Source: Limisphaerales bacterium
GTDB lineage: Bacteria; Verrucomicrobiota; Verrucomicrobiia; Limisphaerales; UBA1412
DNA length: 64,000 nt
Direction of reading: 5' to 3'
Assembly (NCBI GenBank): GCA_050949405.1
Contig: JBMNFQ010000001.1
Coordinates: forward strand, 2,346,727 to 2,410,726
The notes beneath the pieces are model-generated. The model saw nothing but the letters and a program-made list of their open reading frames with translations. It searched no databases and was not told where the DNA came from. Positions 31,094-40,571 of this stretch are shown here, in pieces. Both the position numbers and the translations under genes were made by a program. Position 1 is the stretch's first letter. Each line of letters starts with the position of its first letter.

Positions 31094-32769
31094 AGGTCGG
31101 CAGTCTTCAGGTTTTGATTTCTTCTGCCCTGGTAAATTTTCCACAGAGCATCACCCAAGATAGAAAGAGTCATCAGAAGCAATACTGCACAAACTCCACC
31201 AACAGCCCAATCCCTGCCTGTAACAAAGCTTTTTAGAATAAGCTGAATCATTGCCGTGATCGTGATGGCAAACATGATAAGCATCGGAATGCTGATAAAG
31301 AGCGTTTTTTTGCAAGACTGCCTTCTCCAGAGATACAGAAAGAACAGCCCCAACGCTGCCAGTAGCTGGTTAGTCGCTCCGAAAGCAGGCCAGATCAGCT
31401 GCCATAGTGGAGAGTCACTCGGATTCAGGAGCACTGCAGCTGCAGGCACGCTAACAATCAAAATAGAGGAAATCCAACGTGTGCTCAACGAATTGGATAG
31501 ACCCAAAAGCTCCTGTAAAATAAAGCGCGTCAGGCGAGTCGCAGCATCCAGTGTCGTCAAAATAAAAGTGCTTACAGCCAACAAAGCCAGTGCGCTTACA
31601 TAGAAAGGGTCCAAACCAAAGACTTCTAAAAAAGCCCCTAAACCATTTGCAAAAATAGTGGGCGGCGTTGTTCCCGGGTTTTTAACACAGATCATTACTG
31701 TTGCAATAGATAAAACACCCAGCACACCCTCCAATAACATTCCGCCATAACCAATCGGTTTGGCATCGCGCACCTGGTCGAGTTGCTTTGAAGTGGTCCC
31801 CATTCCTACCAGACAGTGGAATCCACTGATAGCACCACAAGCAATCGTTACGAAAAGGATCGGAAATATTGGCCCCAAAGTTTCACTGTTTATTGTGATA
31901 AAGGAGGGGTATTCGATCGCATGTTTTCCACTAAAGCCTGCTGCCAGTATCCCTATAAAGCCACCGAAAAGACAGGCATAAAGCAAAAAGGAAGAGAGAA
32001 AATCTCTTGGCTGTAAGAGTAACCAAACAGGCAAAATCGAAGCCAATGCACAGTAAATCAATAGAACAACTGTCCAAGCTTTCTGAGGCGCGATCCCCAG
32101 CTCGCTAACCACCTCTGAAGTCAACGGAATGTAGGTTGAAAGCCAAATGGTAATAAAAATGAGTGGAACAAAAATAAAAGTCAACTGGGTGCTGGAGAAA
32201 CCTGAACGCCTCAGCGCTAAACCAAAAACCAAAGCTAACCCTATATAAATTAGTGAAGAGGTCGCCACTACACCACCTTGTTGTACTGCATCTTCGGCTG
32301 TTGGAGCGAAAGTGGCGGCAGCTAAATCCACAAACACAATCAAGATATAAATCAGAATGATTAAGAGAAAACTTAAGAAAACTTTATAAGAAAAACCACC
32401 CATAAAGTTACGGGCTATTTGACCCAATGATTTCCCCTGGTTTCGAATACTGGCTATAATGGAGACGTAATCAAAAGTGGCTCCCAGAAAAACACACCCC
32501 AGCAATATCCAGAGAAGAGCCGGTGCCCACCCAAAAGCCAGAGCCGCAATAATGGGTCCCACAATGGGGCCACTGCCAGCAATAGCGCTAAAATGGTGAC
32601 CAAACAAAATAAGCCTTGGCGCAGGGTCGTAATCCACTCTATCACGCATGAAGTGTGCAGGAGTTATCTGAGACTTGTCTACCTCTAAAACTCTCTCCAG
32701 GTACCCTGCATAAAAGCGATATGCCAGATAGAAAAACAGACAGATGAACAAAAATAGTCCCAATAACAT
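31090..32769 (-). CDS. cstA: Carbon starvation protein A family transporter
   Basis: TPAH...D..DY, FGHHFSAIAGSGPIVGP, FVTIACGAISGFH, GYGGMLLEG, WPAFGATNQLLA. Confidence 0.94.
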   Translation of the reverse strand: MLLGLFLFICLFFYLAYRFYAGYLERVLEVDKSQITPAHFMRDRVDYDPAPRLILFGHHFSAIAGSGPIVGPIIAALAFGWAPALLWILLGCVFLGATFDYVSIIASIRNQGKSLGQIARNFMGGFSYKVFLSFLLIILIYILIVFVDLAAATFAPTAEDAVQQGGVVATSSLIYIGLALVFGLALRRSGFSSTQLTFIFVPLIFITIWLSTYIPLTSEVVSELGIAPQKAWTVVLLIYCALASILPVWLLLQPRDFLSSFLLYACLFGGFIGILAAGFSGKHAIEYPSFITINSETLGPIFPILFVTIACGAISGFHCLVGMGTTSKQLDQVRDAKPIGYGGMLLEGVLGVLSIATVMICVKNPGTTPPTIFANGLGAFLEVFGLDPFYVSALALLAVSTFILTTLDAATRLTRFILQELLGLSNSLSTRWISSILIVSVPAAAVLLNPSDSPLWQLIWPAFGATNQLLAALGLFFLYLWRRQSCKKTLFISIPMLIMFAITITAMIQLILKSFVTGRDWAVGGVCAVLLLMTLSILGDALWKIYQGRRNQNLKTADL

Positions 32770-32956
32770 ACAGTCCCAAATCTATATCCAGAAGAAAAAG
32801 AGTTCAAAATAATTTTCAAAAAAAACCGAAAAAAATGATAGGAAAAACTTAGGCCCAGTGCTGCGGTTTTTTTAAAAAAGCATCCCAAAAGCACTGTAAT
32901 AAGAAATACCTTTAGCCCATCTGACAGACGGCGATTGAATTGGAAGCTCTTTGAAG

Positions 32957-33006
32957 TGGTACCCCGGCTAGGACTCGAACCTAGGACCAATTGATTAAGA
33001 GTCAAC
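32957..33006 (-). pseudogene. 3' half of tRNA-Lys(CTT); att-like direct-repeat scar
   Basis: Minus strand TTGA-CTCTTAA-TCAA anticodon arm, TTGGTC, T arm CTAGG-TTCGAGT-CCTAG, 3' acceptor strand CCGGGGT-A-CCA. Upstream is AT-rich sequence with no D arm and no strand able to pair with the acceptor. Confidence 0.88.
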
Positions 33007-33633
33007 CATAATAGAAAAAACGCCTAAAATTATGTTGTTTCTTGTCTAAAATTGTCAGACTATACTTTCTTCATTATCAGATAGATATAAAGAAAATGGA
33101 AGAATTTGAAAGAGCGTGTCTTTTCTTGTCAATCTTTCTATGGGTGGGGTGCGTAGGTGGGGTGCATGGGGGGTGTTCAAATTGAAAAGCGTTTTAAAGA
33201 GACTCTCAGAAAAGCTTGCCACTCCGTTGTGTCAGAAGCCCGTAGAATCGTTTCTGGCGCGTTTTGATTGTTCGGCCGGTATGGGAAGACCTGCCAGAAA
33301 AGGAATGATGCACTCCGAATTGTCCACTCACTAACTTGGCCGCGGCTTTGCCTCTTCTCGCCCTCCCACGGTAGAGACGTTACCTTGCCAGCTACCCTCC
33401 CCCCATAGGGAACCTCTTGGCTCAAAACTTCTATATGCCGGTACCCAAACACGCCAGATTCCGCCCACTCATGACTTTTTTTTGATGGCCGAATACACTC
33501 TAGTGCATCCGGTGTTGCCATCTGCCAGAAAAAATTTGGAAACACTTTTTTGGCCCCTCGTTTGAGAAGAACGGCCCTCTGGCAATCGGAACCTGCTACG
33601 GGGGGTCCCTAAAAAGATTCCTTATAGGGGGGG

Positions 33634-33823
33634 CTTCAAAACTCTCGCGCGCGCGCGCGCGGGGGGACTTTTGAAGTTATGAAGTTTTATAGGATAAGTA
33701 TATATATATCAATTACTTATAACCTTCAAAACTAGTTTTGGAGGTTTTGAAGGTATAGAGGTCAAACCTTCAAAACCCCCCTTACCTTCAAAACCTTCAA
33801 AACTCTCTGGGGTGTTTTGAAAG
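33634..33823. repeat. Iteron-type array with an AT-rich core; probable replication origin
   Basis: CTTCAAAAC exact at 33634, 33724, 33768, 33786, 33795; reverse-complement copies at 33744 (exact) and 33668, 33735, 33814 (one mismatch each); (CG)8 at 33646-33661; TA run at 33699-33709; lies just downstream of the helicase gene. Confidence 0.8.
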
Positions 33824-33841
33824 TCAGTGAGTCTTCCCCGG

Positions 33842-34951
33842 CTACACATTTTCATTGGGTGTGAATTTTCGTCTGTATTTTCCATCTTCGCTTACCAGCT
33901 CCCCGCTGTCCCTCAGCTCCCGGAGGAGTCTCTCCGCGGTTGTCTGGCTCATGTTGTATTTTTTGCGGCACATATCAATAATTTCAGCGGTATCAAACTC
34001 CTTTTTTAAGTCCGGGAAGAGGGATAGAACCTTTTCTTCCGTGTATACTTTTGGCCTGCCTCCGGTGCCGCCGCCGCCCTTTTTGTATGCTGTTGGGTCT
34101 TCATCCGGAGCCAGCTTCAAGAGAGGATAATCCTCTAAGCTCCAAACTTCATCTTCCGGGATAGTTTCGCCCCGGAGTGTGTATGTAGCAATTACATGTT
34201 TATTCTTCTCATGCGGCTTCAGTAATATATAGGTCTCAGCGATTCTTCCGACTGTACCACTTCCAGATATTCCCTCTTGCGCTGTTCTACCGGAAATATC
34301 TCCCTTGGGAGCATGAGCGGTGACAATTATTGTGCGGCCAGTATCTCCGGCTAGGTTTCTAACGTCTCTAGCCAGCCTGCCCATCTCTTTGCTATTGTTT
34401 TCATCTATTGCTTCCGCCAGATAATAGAAGGGGTCAATGATAATAACGTCATAGTAATCGAGCGGTCTGCCTGTCTGTCCTTTCAGATTGTCATTCTGAA
34501 GGATTTCAGTCACTACTTCCAAATTGGTCTTGTTTCCGTCAAGTGTGTGTTTCAACATTTGACTTCTGTACACAAAGCCAAGCTTATCTCCCGGATTCAC
34601 ATTCCAGCCGCGCATACAATTCTTTACTCTCCTTTTAACGGTCAAGTCCTTATCCTCCAAGGAAATCAATAACACATTACACGGTTTGCATGGGCGGCCA
34701 GCAAACGGGATCCCAGTGGACAAGGCAACTGCCATATTTATTATGCAGGTGCTTTTCCCGCTCTTGCTTTTGCCGGTAAAGAAAAACAAGTCATTTTTCT
34801 CGAGAATTCCATCTATTATATAATCTGGCTCTGGTATCTTTTCTTCTCGTAAATCTTCTGCCGTTTGGATTCGGATTTCTGATTCACTAGGGAGCCCCTG
34901 CAAACCCTCTGCAAGCTTTTCCGCTACCGTTTTTTCGATTGTTTCGCTCAT
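33842..34951 (-). CDS. RepA-like (AAA_25, RecA-fold) replicative helicase with a C-terminal winged helix
   Basis: Walker A GKSKSGKST, LLISLED, Walker B IIIDP, VTAHAPKG, GSGTVG; C-terminal wHTH-like TAEII...SQTTAERLLRELRDSGEL...GKY. Confidence 0.85.
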   Translation of the reverse strand: MSETIEKTVAEKLAEGLQGLPSESEIRIQTAEDLREEKIPEPDYIIDGILEKNDLFFFTGKSKSGKSTCIINMAVALSTGIPFAGRPCKPCNVLLISLEDKDLTVKRRVKNCMRGWNVNPGDKLGFVYRSQMLKHTLDGNKTNLEVVTEILQNDNLKGQTGRPLDYYDVIIIDPFYYLAEAIDENNSKEMGRLARDVRNLAGDTGRTIIVTAHAPKGDISGRTAQEGISGSGTVGRIAETYILLKPHEKNKHVIATYTLRGETIPEDEVWSLEDYPLLKLAPDEDPTAYKKGGGGTGGRPKVYTEEKVLSLFPDLKKEFDTAEIIDMCRKKYNMSQTTAERLLRELRDSGELVSEDGKYRRKFTPNENV

Positions 34952-35646
34952 TCCGCGCCTCCTTCCGGCAATTGAATTTCAGGGAAGGGCTCAGCATCTT
35001 CAGCCAGTTGGGCAACCGCTCTGGCCGCCTCCATCCTCGCCAGAACCGCGGCTCTGGTTTCTCTTAGCGGCATTTTAAGAATGGAGGTATAGGACGGATC
35101 CGGATTCAGGTATAGGAGCCGTTGTTCTTTGCCCGTGCTCCCCCGAAGGCAGCCCGGAAGCCTGCAGGTTTGCTGAATTTGAAACATAGCCGGGTCAGCT
35201 CCATAGGGTTTAAGTTTTTCCTTCAATATTTCAGCACACTTTTTCCACTCTGCCAAAGTGGAAACCTTCACTTTAACGAGAGTATGGACAGACTTCCCGC
35301 CCGTCTCAAAGATTGCGGCAATGGGTATAGGAAGCGTTACTATAAACTTCAGCCAGTCAGCGGGCCTCACTGTATCGGATTCAAAGGCTATGTATTTGAA
35401 GGAAGAAACCGCCTCTTTGCATCGGTATGAAAGCCCACCATTCTGATTCTTCATCCGCTGGCCTGTGATAGGGTTGGGTAAGTACCAAACGCCTTCGGAA
35501 TTCTCAATTGAGATTCTCTGAAGCGTCTCCAAGGTCTCACGGCTTCCGGCCTTCAGGATATGGCCCTCTTTGCTTCTCAGCTTAGTGGTAACGAAAAGCT
35601 TTTCCCCCGGCTCATACAAACGGGCCAGAAAAGAAGCCGCGGTCAA
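34948..35646 (-). CDS. AEP-family (RepB'-like) primase, possibly N-terminally truncated
   Basis: IAFESD (acidic motif I), ETGGKSVH (motif II His), DPA, RLPG; stop overlaps the helicase ATG; TTG start with the frame open upstream. Confidence 0.72.
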   Translation of the reverse strand: MTAASFLARLYEPGEKLFVTTKLRSKEGHILKAGSRETLETLQRISIENSEGVWYLPNPITGQRMKNQNGGLSYRCKEAVSSFKYIAFESDTVRPADWLKFIVTLPIPIAAIFETGGKSVHTLVKVKVSTLAEWKKCAEILKEKLKPYGADPAMFQIQQTCRLPGCLRGSTGKEQRLLYLNPDPSYTSILKMPLRETRAAVLARMEAARAVAQLAEDAEPFPEIQLPEGGAE

Positions 35647-35665
35647 CTCCGGCTTCCTGCCCCCT

Positions 35666-35696
35666 AAAGAAGAAAAGCCGACGTTGGTGGTCGGCT
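35666..35696 (-). terminator. Intrinsic terminator at the left edge of the high-GC element
   Basis: Minus strand AGCCGAC-CACCAAC-GTCGGCT-TTTCTTCTTT, 27 nt after the stop of the 35723 gene. Confidence 0.75.
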
Positions 35697-35722
35697 CTCT
35701 GGGGCGGTCTCCGGTCCGGTCG

Positions 35723-36145
35723 TCAGTCGATGGCGAAGCCGAACTGGCGGCGCTGCTCGGCCCAGTCCTCGGGAAAGGTCTGGGTCAGCTTGGCCAGCGA
35801 TAACCCGTTTGGTTCCTCGCCGTTGATCAGGGCCTCGACGATGTCGGGGGCCAGGGTCGTTAGCTTGAGGATGCGGGCCACATACGAGCCATCGACGTCG
35901 AGGGTACGGGCAAGCTCGCTGATGGACTTGATCTGGCCGGATTCGAGGATGTCGGCCCAGGAAAAGGCCCTTCCCAGCGCCTGAAGGACGGCGGACTGCA
36001 CCGGTTCCTGCGCTCCGGGGATATCTCCATCCAGGGCCTGGGGAGCGATGACCGTCTTGCGGCCGCGCATGCGCCGGATCAGCATCGGGATGTGGATCTG
36101 CAGGTTGCCGTTGTCGGCTACGGTAATGGTCGGCTTCATTTTCAT
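35723..36145 (-). CDS. Conserved hypothetical protein with an HTH-like segment, of the type found downstream of large serine recombinases
   Basis: ATG at 36145 overlaps the recombinase TGA; GGAGG RBS; SISELARTLDVDGSYVARILKLTTLAPDIVEAL, FPEDWAEQ. Confidence 0.75.
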   Translation of the reverse strand: MKMKPTITVADNGNLQIHIPMLIRRMRGRKTVIAPQALDGDIPGAQEPVQSAVLQALGRAFSWADILESGQIKSISELARTLDVDGSYVARILKLTTLAPDIVEALINGEEPNGLSLAKLTQTFPEDWAEQRRQFGFAID

Positions 36146-36545
36146 CGGCTTACCCTCCGTTCGGTGACTTCGCATGCCAGACCAGCCAGCTCGGCGATGA
36201 GTGTTGTCAGCCCGTTGGTGCGCAGCTCCATATCGATTCCGGTCTCCCGGATCTCCACCTTATCCACCAGGAGGCGGATGAGCCGGTTTCGCTCCACCGG
36301 GAAAAGGTCTTCCCAGAAGCCCTCGACATTCTGGAAGGCCTCCGAGACATCCTGCTCCGTGATGCTGTTCCCCCGGTAGGCTCTGCATCGCTCGCTCACG
36401 TGCGTCAGTTGTTTCGAGAGCTCGACCGCCTGGCGGTTGACGGTCGTGAGCATCTCGGCCTTGCCCGGCTGATCGCTGCCGGGTTTCATCAGTTCGAGTG
36501 CCTGCTCCCTCGCCTGCGACAGCTCCATCTCGAGCTGGGCAACCT
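36142..36545 (-). pseudogene. C-terminal remnant of a probable large serine recombinase
   Basis: Coiled coil AQLEMELSQAREQ... followed by FWEDLFPVERNRLIRLLVDKVEIRETGIDMELRTNGL, typical of LSR C-termini; upstream of ~36545 the frame is antisense to a phage gene; no catalytic domain present. Confidence 0.72.
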
Positions 36546-38556
36546 CAACGTGATCAACTTCGGGCGCGGCAGCCTCGGCGACCAGCCGGTGAACGGCTCC
36601 AACTGCAGCCTGGACTACGACTATTACCTCGGCCGTCGCGACATCGTTTACGCTACCACAACCGAAATCAAACGGCTGGAAGGGGCTCCGGCCGATTTCC
36701 CGAAGCTGCCCATCGTGCCGGAAAACGCCCTGGGGCTGTGCAGCATCGACTGCCCGCCCAACTCCACCGACGTGGAGATCCGCAACTTCGGCCTGACCCG
36801 CATCACCATGGACCAGATCCACGACATCATTCAGGACGTGGAGGACTTGAAGTACAACGATGCCCAGTACCAGATGAACAACGAACTGCAGAACCGGGAC
36901 GCCCAGACCAAGAAAGGCATCTACTCGGACGACTTCTCGAACACCGCCCAGTCGGACATCTACCACGCCGAATGGGACGCCCGGGTGAACGAGATCGCCC
37001 GCTTCGTCGCGCCGGACCGCATTCCGCACTCCACCGTGCTCTCGGTCGATCAGGCGGGCAGCAACGCCAGCTTCTTCGGCAGCCTGGTGCTGCTGCCGGG
37101 CAACGAGACCGTGCTGGTGGAGCAGAACGACTGGTCCGAGGAGCGCAACATCAACCCCTACGCGGTGTTCGACAAGCCCCCGGCCATGCTGCAGATCACG
37201 CCCAACCTCGGGCGGCGCGGCCAGACCGGCATCGCCGTCACCGGCATCAACTTCACCCCGAGCAAGTCCGGCATCGTGCTGCGCTGCGACGGCCAGGTGA
37301 TGGCCAGCAACCTGATCAGCGACGAGGCCGGTCGGGTCAGCGCCTCCTTCACCATTCCGACCAACGCCCGCAACGGCAACCGCATCGTGGAGATGGCCGA
37401 CGGCGTCTACTCGGCTCGGGCCAGCCTGCAGATTAACGATCCGCTGGTCATTACCCGCATCGAGCGCATCATCGAGAACCGCATCATCCGCGTGCCCGTG
37501 GTGCAGGTGGTCTGGCGCACTCAGACCATCTTCGTACCCCGCGATCCGCTGGCCCAGACCTTCAGTTTCACCCAAAACCAGGTGATCTCCAGCATCGGGC
37601 TGCAGTTCACCGCCAGGGACCCGAGCATCCCGGTCACCGTGCAGATTCGCGGCGTCACCACCGGTCTGCCCAACGGCGTGGTGTTCGCCGAGAAGGTGCT
37701 GGCCCCGAACGAGATCAGCCTGAGCGGCGAGACCCGCATTCGCTTCGACGACCCGTTCTACGCTGAGGCCAATACCAGCTATGCCGTGGTGCTGCTGACC
37801 AACAGCACCAATTACAAGGTCCGCACCGCCACCCTCGGCAAGATGGGCCGCTGGGGCATCATCACCCGGCAGACCTACATGGAAGGCGTGCTGCTGGAGA
37901 GCTCCAACGCCGAAACCTGGACGCCGCTCAACGGCTCCGACCTGGCGATGAAGATCTACGGCTACAACTTTCAATCCGAGGGGATGGTCCGCTTCCAGCC
38001 GATCACCGGCGTGCAGTTCTCCGACATCAACCTCGACGAATACTCGGCCATCCCCCAGGGCACCGGTCTCGACTGGGAATACTCCACCGACGGCGGCGTG
38101 ACCTGGGACGCCATGGTTCCCGCCGAGGAGGAACGGCTGCCCAACCTCGCCACCCGGGTCCAGATCCGCGTGCGCCTGAGCAGCTCGCTTGCCAACGACA
38201 CCCCGGCCATCAACTTCCGCGACGTCAACCTGGTGGGCTACCTCAACAAAACCACCGGGGCCTATCTAACCCGTGAGAACGAGCTGACCCAGGGGGTGGA
38301 ATCGACCAAGGCCTATGTGCAGATGCAAATCCCCAGCGGCACCACCCTGCAATGGTTCGCCAGCAACGACGGCGGCCTGACCTGGGAGGCGATGACAATC
38401 CAGGAGACCCGGCCCATCGACGAGAACTGGACCGAATACACCCTGGTGCGCACCTTCACCGACAACACCGGCAACAAGGTCCGCTACAAGGCCGAGATGA
38501 CCGGCACGCCGCTGATCTACCCGCGCATCCATTCGCTGGGCGCGACCCTGAGCTAA
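36530..38556 (+). pseudogene. 5'-truncated DUF4815-like phage virion/tail protein
   Basis: DYDYYLGRRD, GIYSDDFSN, Ig-like segment, DPLAQTFSF...IGLQF, GVLLESSNAETWTP; the first ~45 codons of the 36400 ORF are antisense recombinase sequence without an RBS. Confidence 0.7.
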
Positions 38557-38568
38557 GGAGGCACGGCC

Positions 38569-38826
38569 ATGATCGTTCGACGCAAAGGCGGACTGACCGA
38601 GTTCATCCCTTCGCCCCAGGAGAAGCGCGACGGCCTGATCCGCGACCACGCCCTGGGCCTACTGGAGAATCTGCACCAGCGCCTGGCGCGGCTGGAACGG
38701 GCGTCAAAGCTCCCGGCCGCCGAAGCGGAGGCCTTCACGGCGCTGCTGGCGCGGATGCGGGCCGACGAGTCACGCAACATCGAGCTGCACGCCAGCCTGA
38801 TCACCTCTGATACCGCCTCCGGCTGA
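38569..38826 (+). CDS. Small phage hypothetical protein
   Basis: AAGGAGG RBS, GC3-rich codons, directly follows the virion gene. Confidence 0.7.
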   Translation: MIVRRKGGLTEFIPSPQEKRDGLIRDHALGLLENLHQRLARLERASKLPAAEAEAFTALLARMRADESRNIELHASLITSDTASG

Positions 38827-38853
38827 CCGGCTCACTACCACCACCACCCCAGA

Positions 38854-38885
38854 AACCCCGGATACGGCCAGCCCGTTCCGGGGTT
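38854..38885. terminator. Strong GC-rich hairpin ending the phage structural segment
   Basis: AACCCCGGA-(T)-ACGG / CCGT-TCCGGGGTT stem with a 5-nt loop; no clear U-tract. Confidence 0.4.
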
Positions 38886-39075
38886 CCTGCCGTCTGTGCG
38901 CCGCCCAATCCGGCCAAGCTCGCAAGTCATTGAAAATAAACGTGTTAAATGTCGGCTTCGGCTGTTCTTCTACTTGATTTGTGTCCGGAAAGAAGCATTC
39001 ATTCATGGTGTAAGCGGAGGCTAAAAAGCCTTGTCTGACAACGACTTAGAAGCGCCATGAACGACGGAGGCACGC

Positions 39076-40038
39076 ATGAACCTGAAAGAGATCCACTACG
39101 GGATCGAGATCGAGACCGTAAAACGCACCCGGGAGCAGATCGCCTGGGCCATCCACTCGGTGGTGGGCGGCACGGTCCGCCATGTCGGCATCCCCAGCAG
39201 CTATGACCCCTGGGAGGTCGAGGACCTGCTCGGCCGGGTCTGGAAGGTGGTGGGGGACGCCTCCCTGACCAGCGTCCCGGCCCATCTGCGGGCCGAGGTG
39301 GTCAGCCCGGTGCTCGGCTACGACGATATCCCGCAACTGCAGGAGGTGGTCCGGGCCATCCGCCGCGCCGGAGGCAAGATCAACAGCCAGTGCGGCATCC
39401 ACATCCATATCGACGCCGCGCCCTTCGACGGCAGGCACCTGGGTAACCTGGCCAAGATCATCTACAAGCAGGAGCCGCTGATCCTCCACGCCCTCGGCAT
39501 CAGCCGCGACCGGCTCAACCGCTACACCCGGCCGGTTAGCGACGAACTGATCCAGCGTATCGAACAGCATCGCCCCCGCACCAAGGACCAGCTCAACCGC
39601 ATCTGGTACGGCTACCACAACCGCCAGCCCCAGCACTACGACAACAGCCGATACCACGGGGTCAACCTGCACAACGTCTGGTACCGGGGCACGGTGGAGT
39701 TCCGCTGGTTCGAGGCGACCCTCCACGCGGGGCGGATCAAGGCCTACCTGCAATTCTGCCTCGCCGTCGCCGCCAAGGCGCTCAATGGCCGGGCAGCCTC
39801 CAGCCGCAAGCGGGATTTCGATCCCCAGAGCGCCAAGTACGACTTCCGGGTCTTCCTGCTCCATCTCGGCCTGATCGGCGACGAGTTCAAGACCGCCCGC
39901 AAGCATCTGATAGCCAACATGCCTGGCGACGCCGCCTTCAAGAACGGACGGCCCAAACCGGAGGACGTCCTTCCGGACGAAACCGAAACCACCACTCTCA
40001 CCAACGAGGCCGGGCAAGTTCCCGGCCTCACTGTTTAA
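39076..40038 (+). CDS. Amidoligase (COOH-NH2 ligase type 2, Amidoligase_2-like)
   Basis: YGIEIE, GDASL, EVVSPVL, CGIHIH, RYHGVNL, TVEFRWF; GGAGG RBS. Confidence 0.88.
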   Translation: MNLKEIHYGIEIETVKRTREQIAWAIHSVVGGTVRHVGIPSSYDPWEVEDLLGRVWKVVGDASLTSVPAHLRAEVVSPVLGYDDIPQLQEVVRAIRRAGGKINSQCGIHIHIDAAPFDGRHLGNLAKIIYKQEPLILHALGISRDRLNRYTRPVSDELIQRIEQHRPRTKDQLNRIWYGYHNRQPQHYDNSRYHGVNLHNVWYRGTVEFRWFEATLHAGRIKAYLQFCLAVAAKALNGRAASSRKRDFDPQSAKYDFRVFLLHLGLIGDEFKTARKHLIANMPGDAAFKNGRPKPEDVLPDETETTTLTNEAGQVPGLTV

Positions 40039-40049
40039 GGAGGTGCCCA

Positions 40050-40571
40050 ATGAAGATTCTGATCCGCTCCACCACGCTGGACGGCGAACCGATCCCCGGC
40101 AGCGGAGAAACCCTGCAAGCCGCCGACTGCCTCGAAGTTGTCGAGCTGATGCGCGGCCAGACGCCGTTTACTGCCAGCCGAGCGCCCCGCGACTACATGA
40201 CCGAGGTGCTCTCCGGCATCGAAGGCGGACCGACCCAGCCTCTGCCGGAGGATGCCGCCGCTGCGGCCGCCGAGTTTCTCACCCGTCTGGCGCGGCACGG
40301 CCTGATCGAGTTCCTGCCCGACGACAAGGCCAGCGATCCCTGGCCGGAACGCTTCCTCGAAGCCCTGGAGAAGGTGCGGCTCTCCGGGCGCACCAACATG
40401 CTCGACCACCCGGAGGTGACCCGGCTGACCGCCGAGATGGGCTACCCGGAGGTAGCCGAGTGGCTGGCGGACCACCGGCGCGAATACGCGGCCTTCGTCC
40501 TCGAAGGGACGAGACCGCTCGGCAAGAACTTCGGCGGCAAGGAGGACCCGGCCCCATGTGCGGACAAGTAG
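40050..40571 (+). CDS. Two-domain hypothetical protein with a C-terminal DUF5049-like domain
   Basis: AAGGAGG RBS; C-terminal ALEKVRLSGRTNMLD...AEMGYPEVAEWL..HRREYAAFVLEG pattern. Confidence 0.7.
   Translation: MKILIRSTTLDGEPIPGSGETLQAADCLEVVELMRGQTPFTASRAPRDYMTEVLSGIEGGPTQPLPEDAAAAAAEFLTRLARHGLIEFLPDDKASDPWPERFLEALEKVRLSGRTNMLDHPEVTRLTAEMGYPEVAEWLADHRREYAAFVLEGTRPLGKNFGGKEDPAPCADK

Noticed and set aside
32930-33040. Intact tRNA-Lys gene, and the overlapping 106-aa ORF 32685-33005
   Set aside because: There is no D arm or 5' acceptor strand; the ORF is a translation through the tRNA fragment and intergenic DNA.
33177-33545. 122-aa minus-strand ORF downstream of the origin
   Set aside because: No recognisable motif or RBS; it could be a small satellite gene but the sequence alone does not support it.
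36142-37974. 610-aa minus-strand ORF as a full-length recombinase
   Set aside because: Only the last ~130 residues are recombinase-like; the rest is the antisense shadow of the GC-rich virion gene.
39046-40050. 334-aa minus-strand ORF and similar long antisense ORFs (47294-48622, 49427-50599, 57544-58701)
   Set aside because: Stop-poor shadow frames of high-GC3 genes; no motifs or RBSs.
40043-40555. N-terminal 171 codons of the 436-aa ORF
   Set aside because: They overlap the real 40050-40571 gene; the GATase needs an N-terminal Cys and has its own RBS at ATG 40556.
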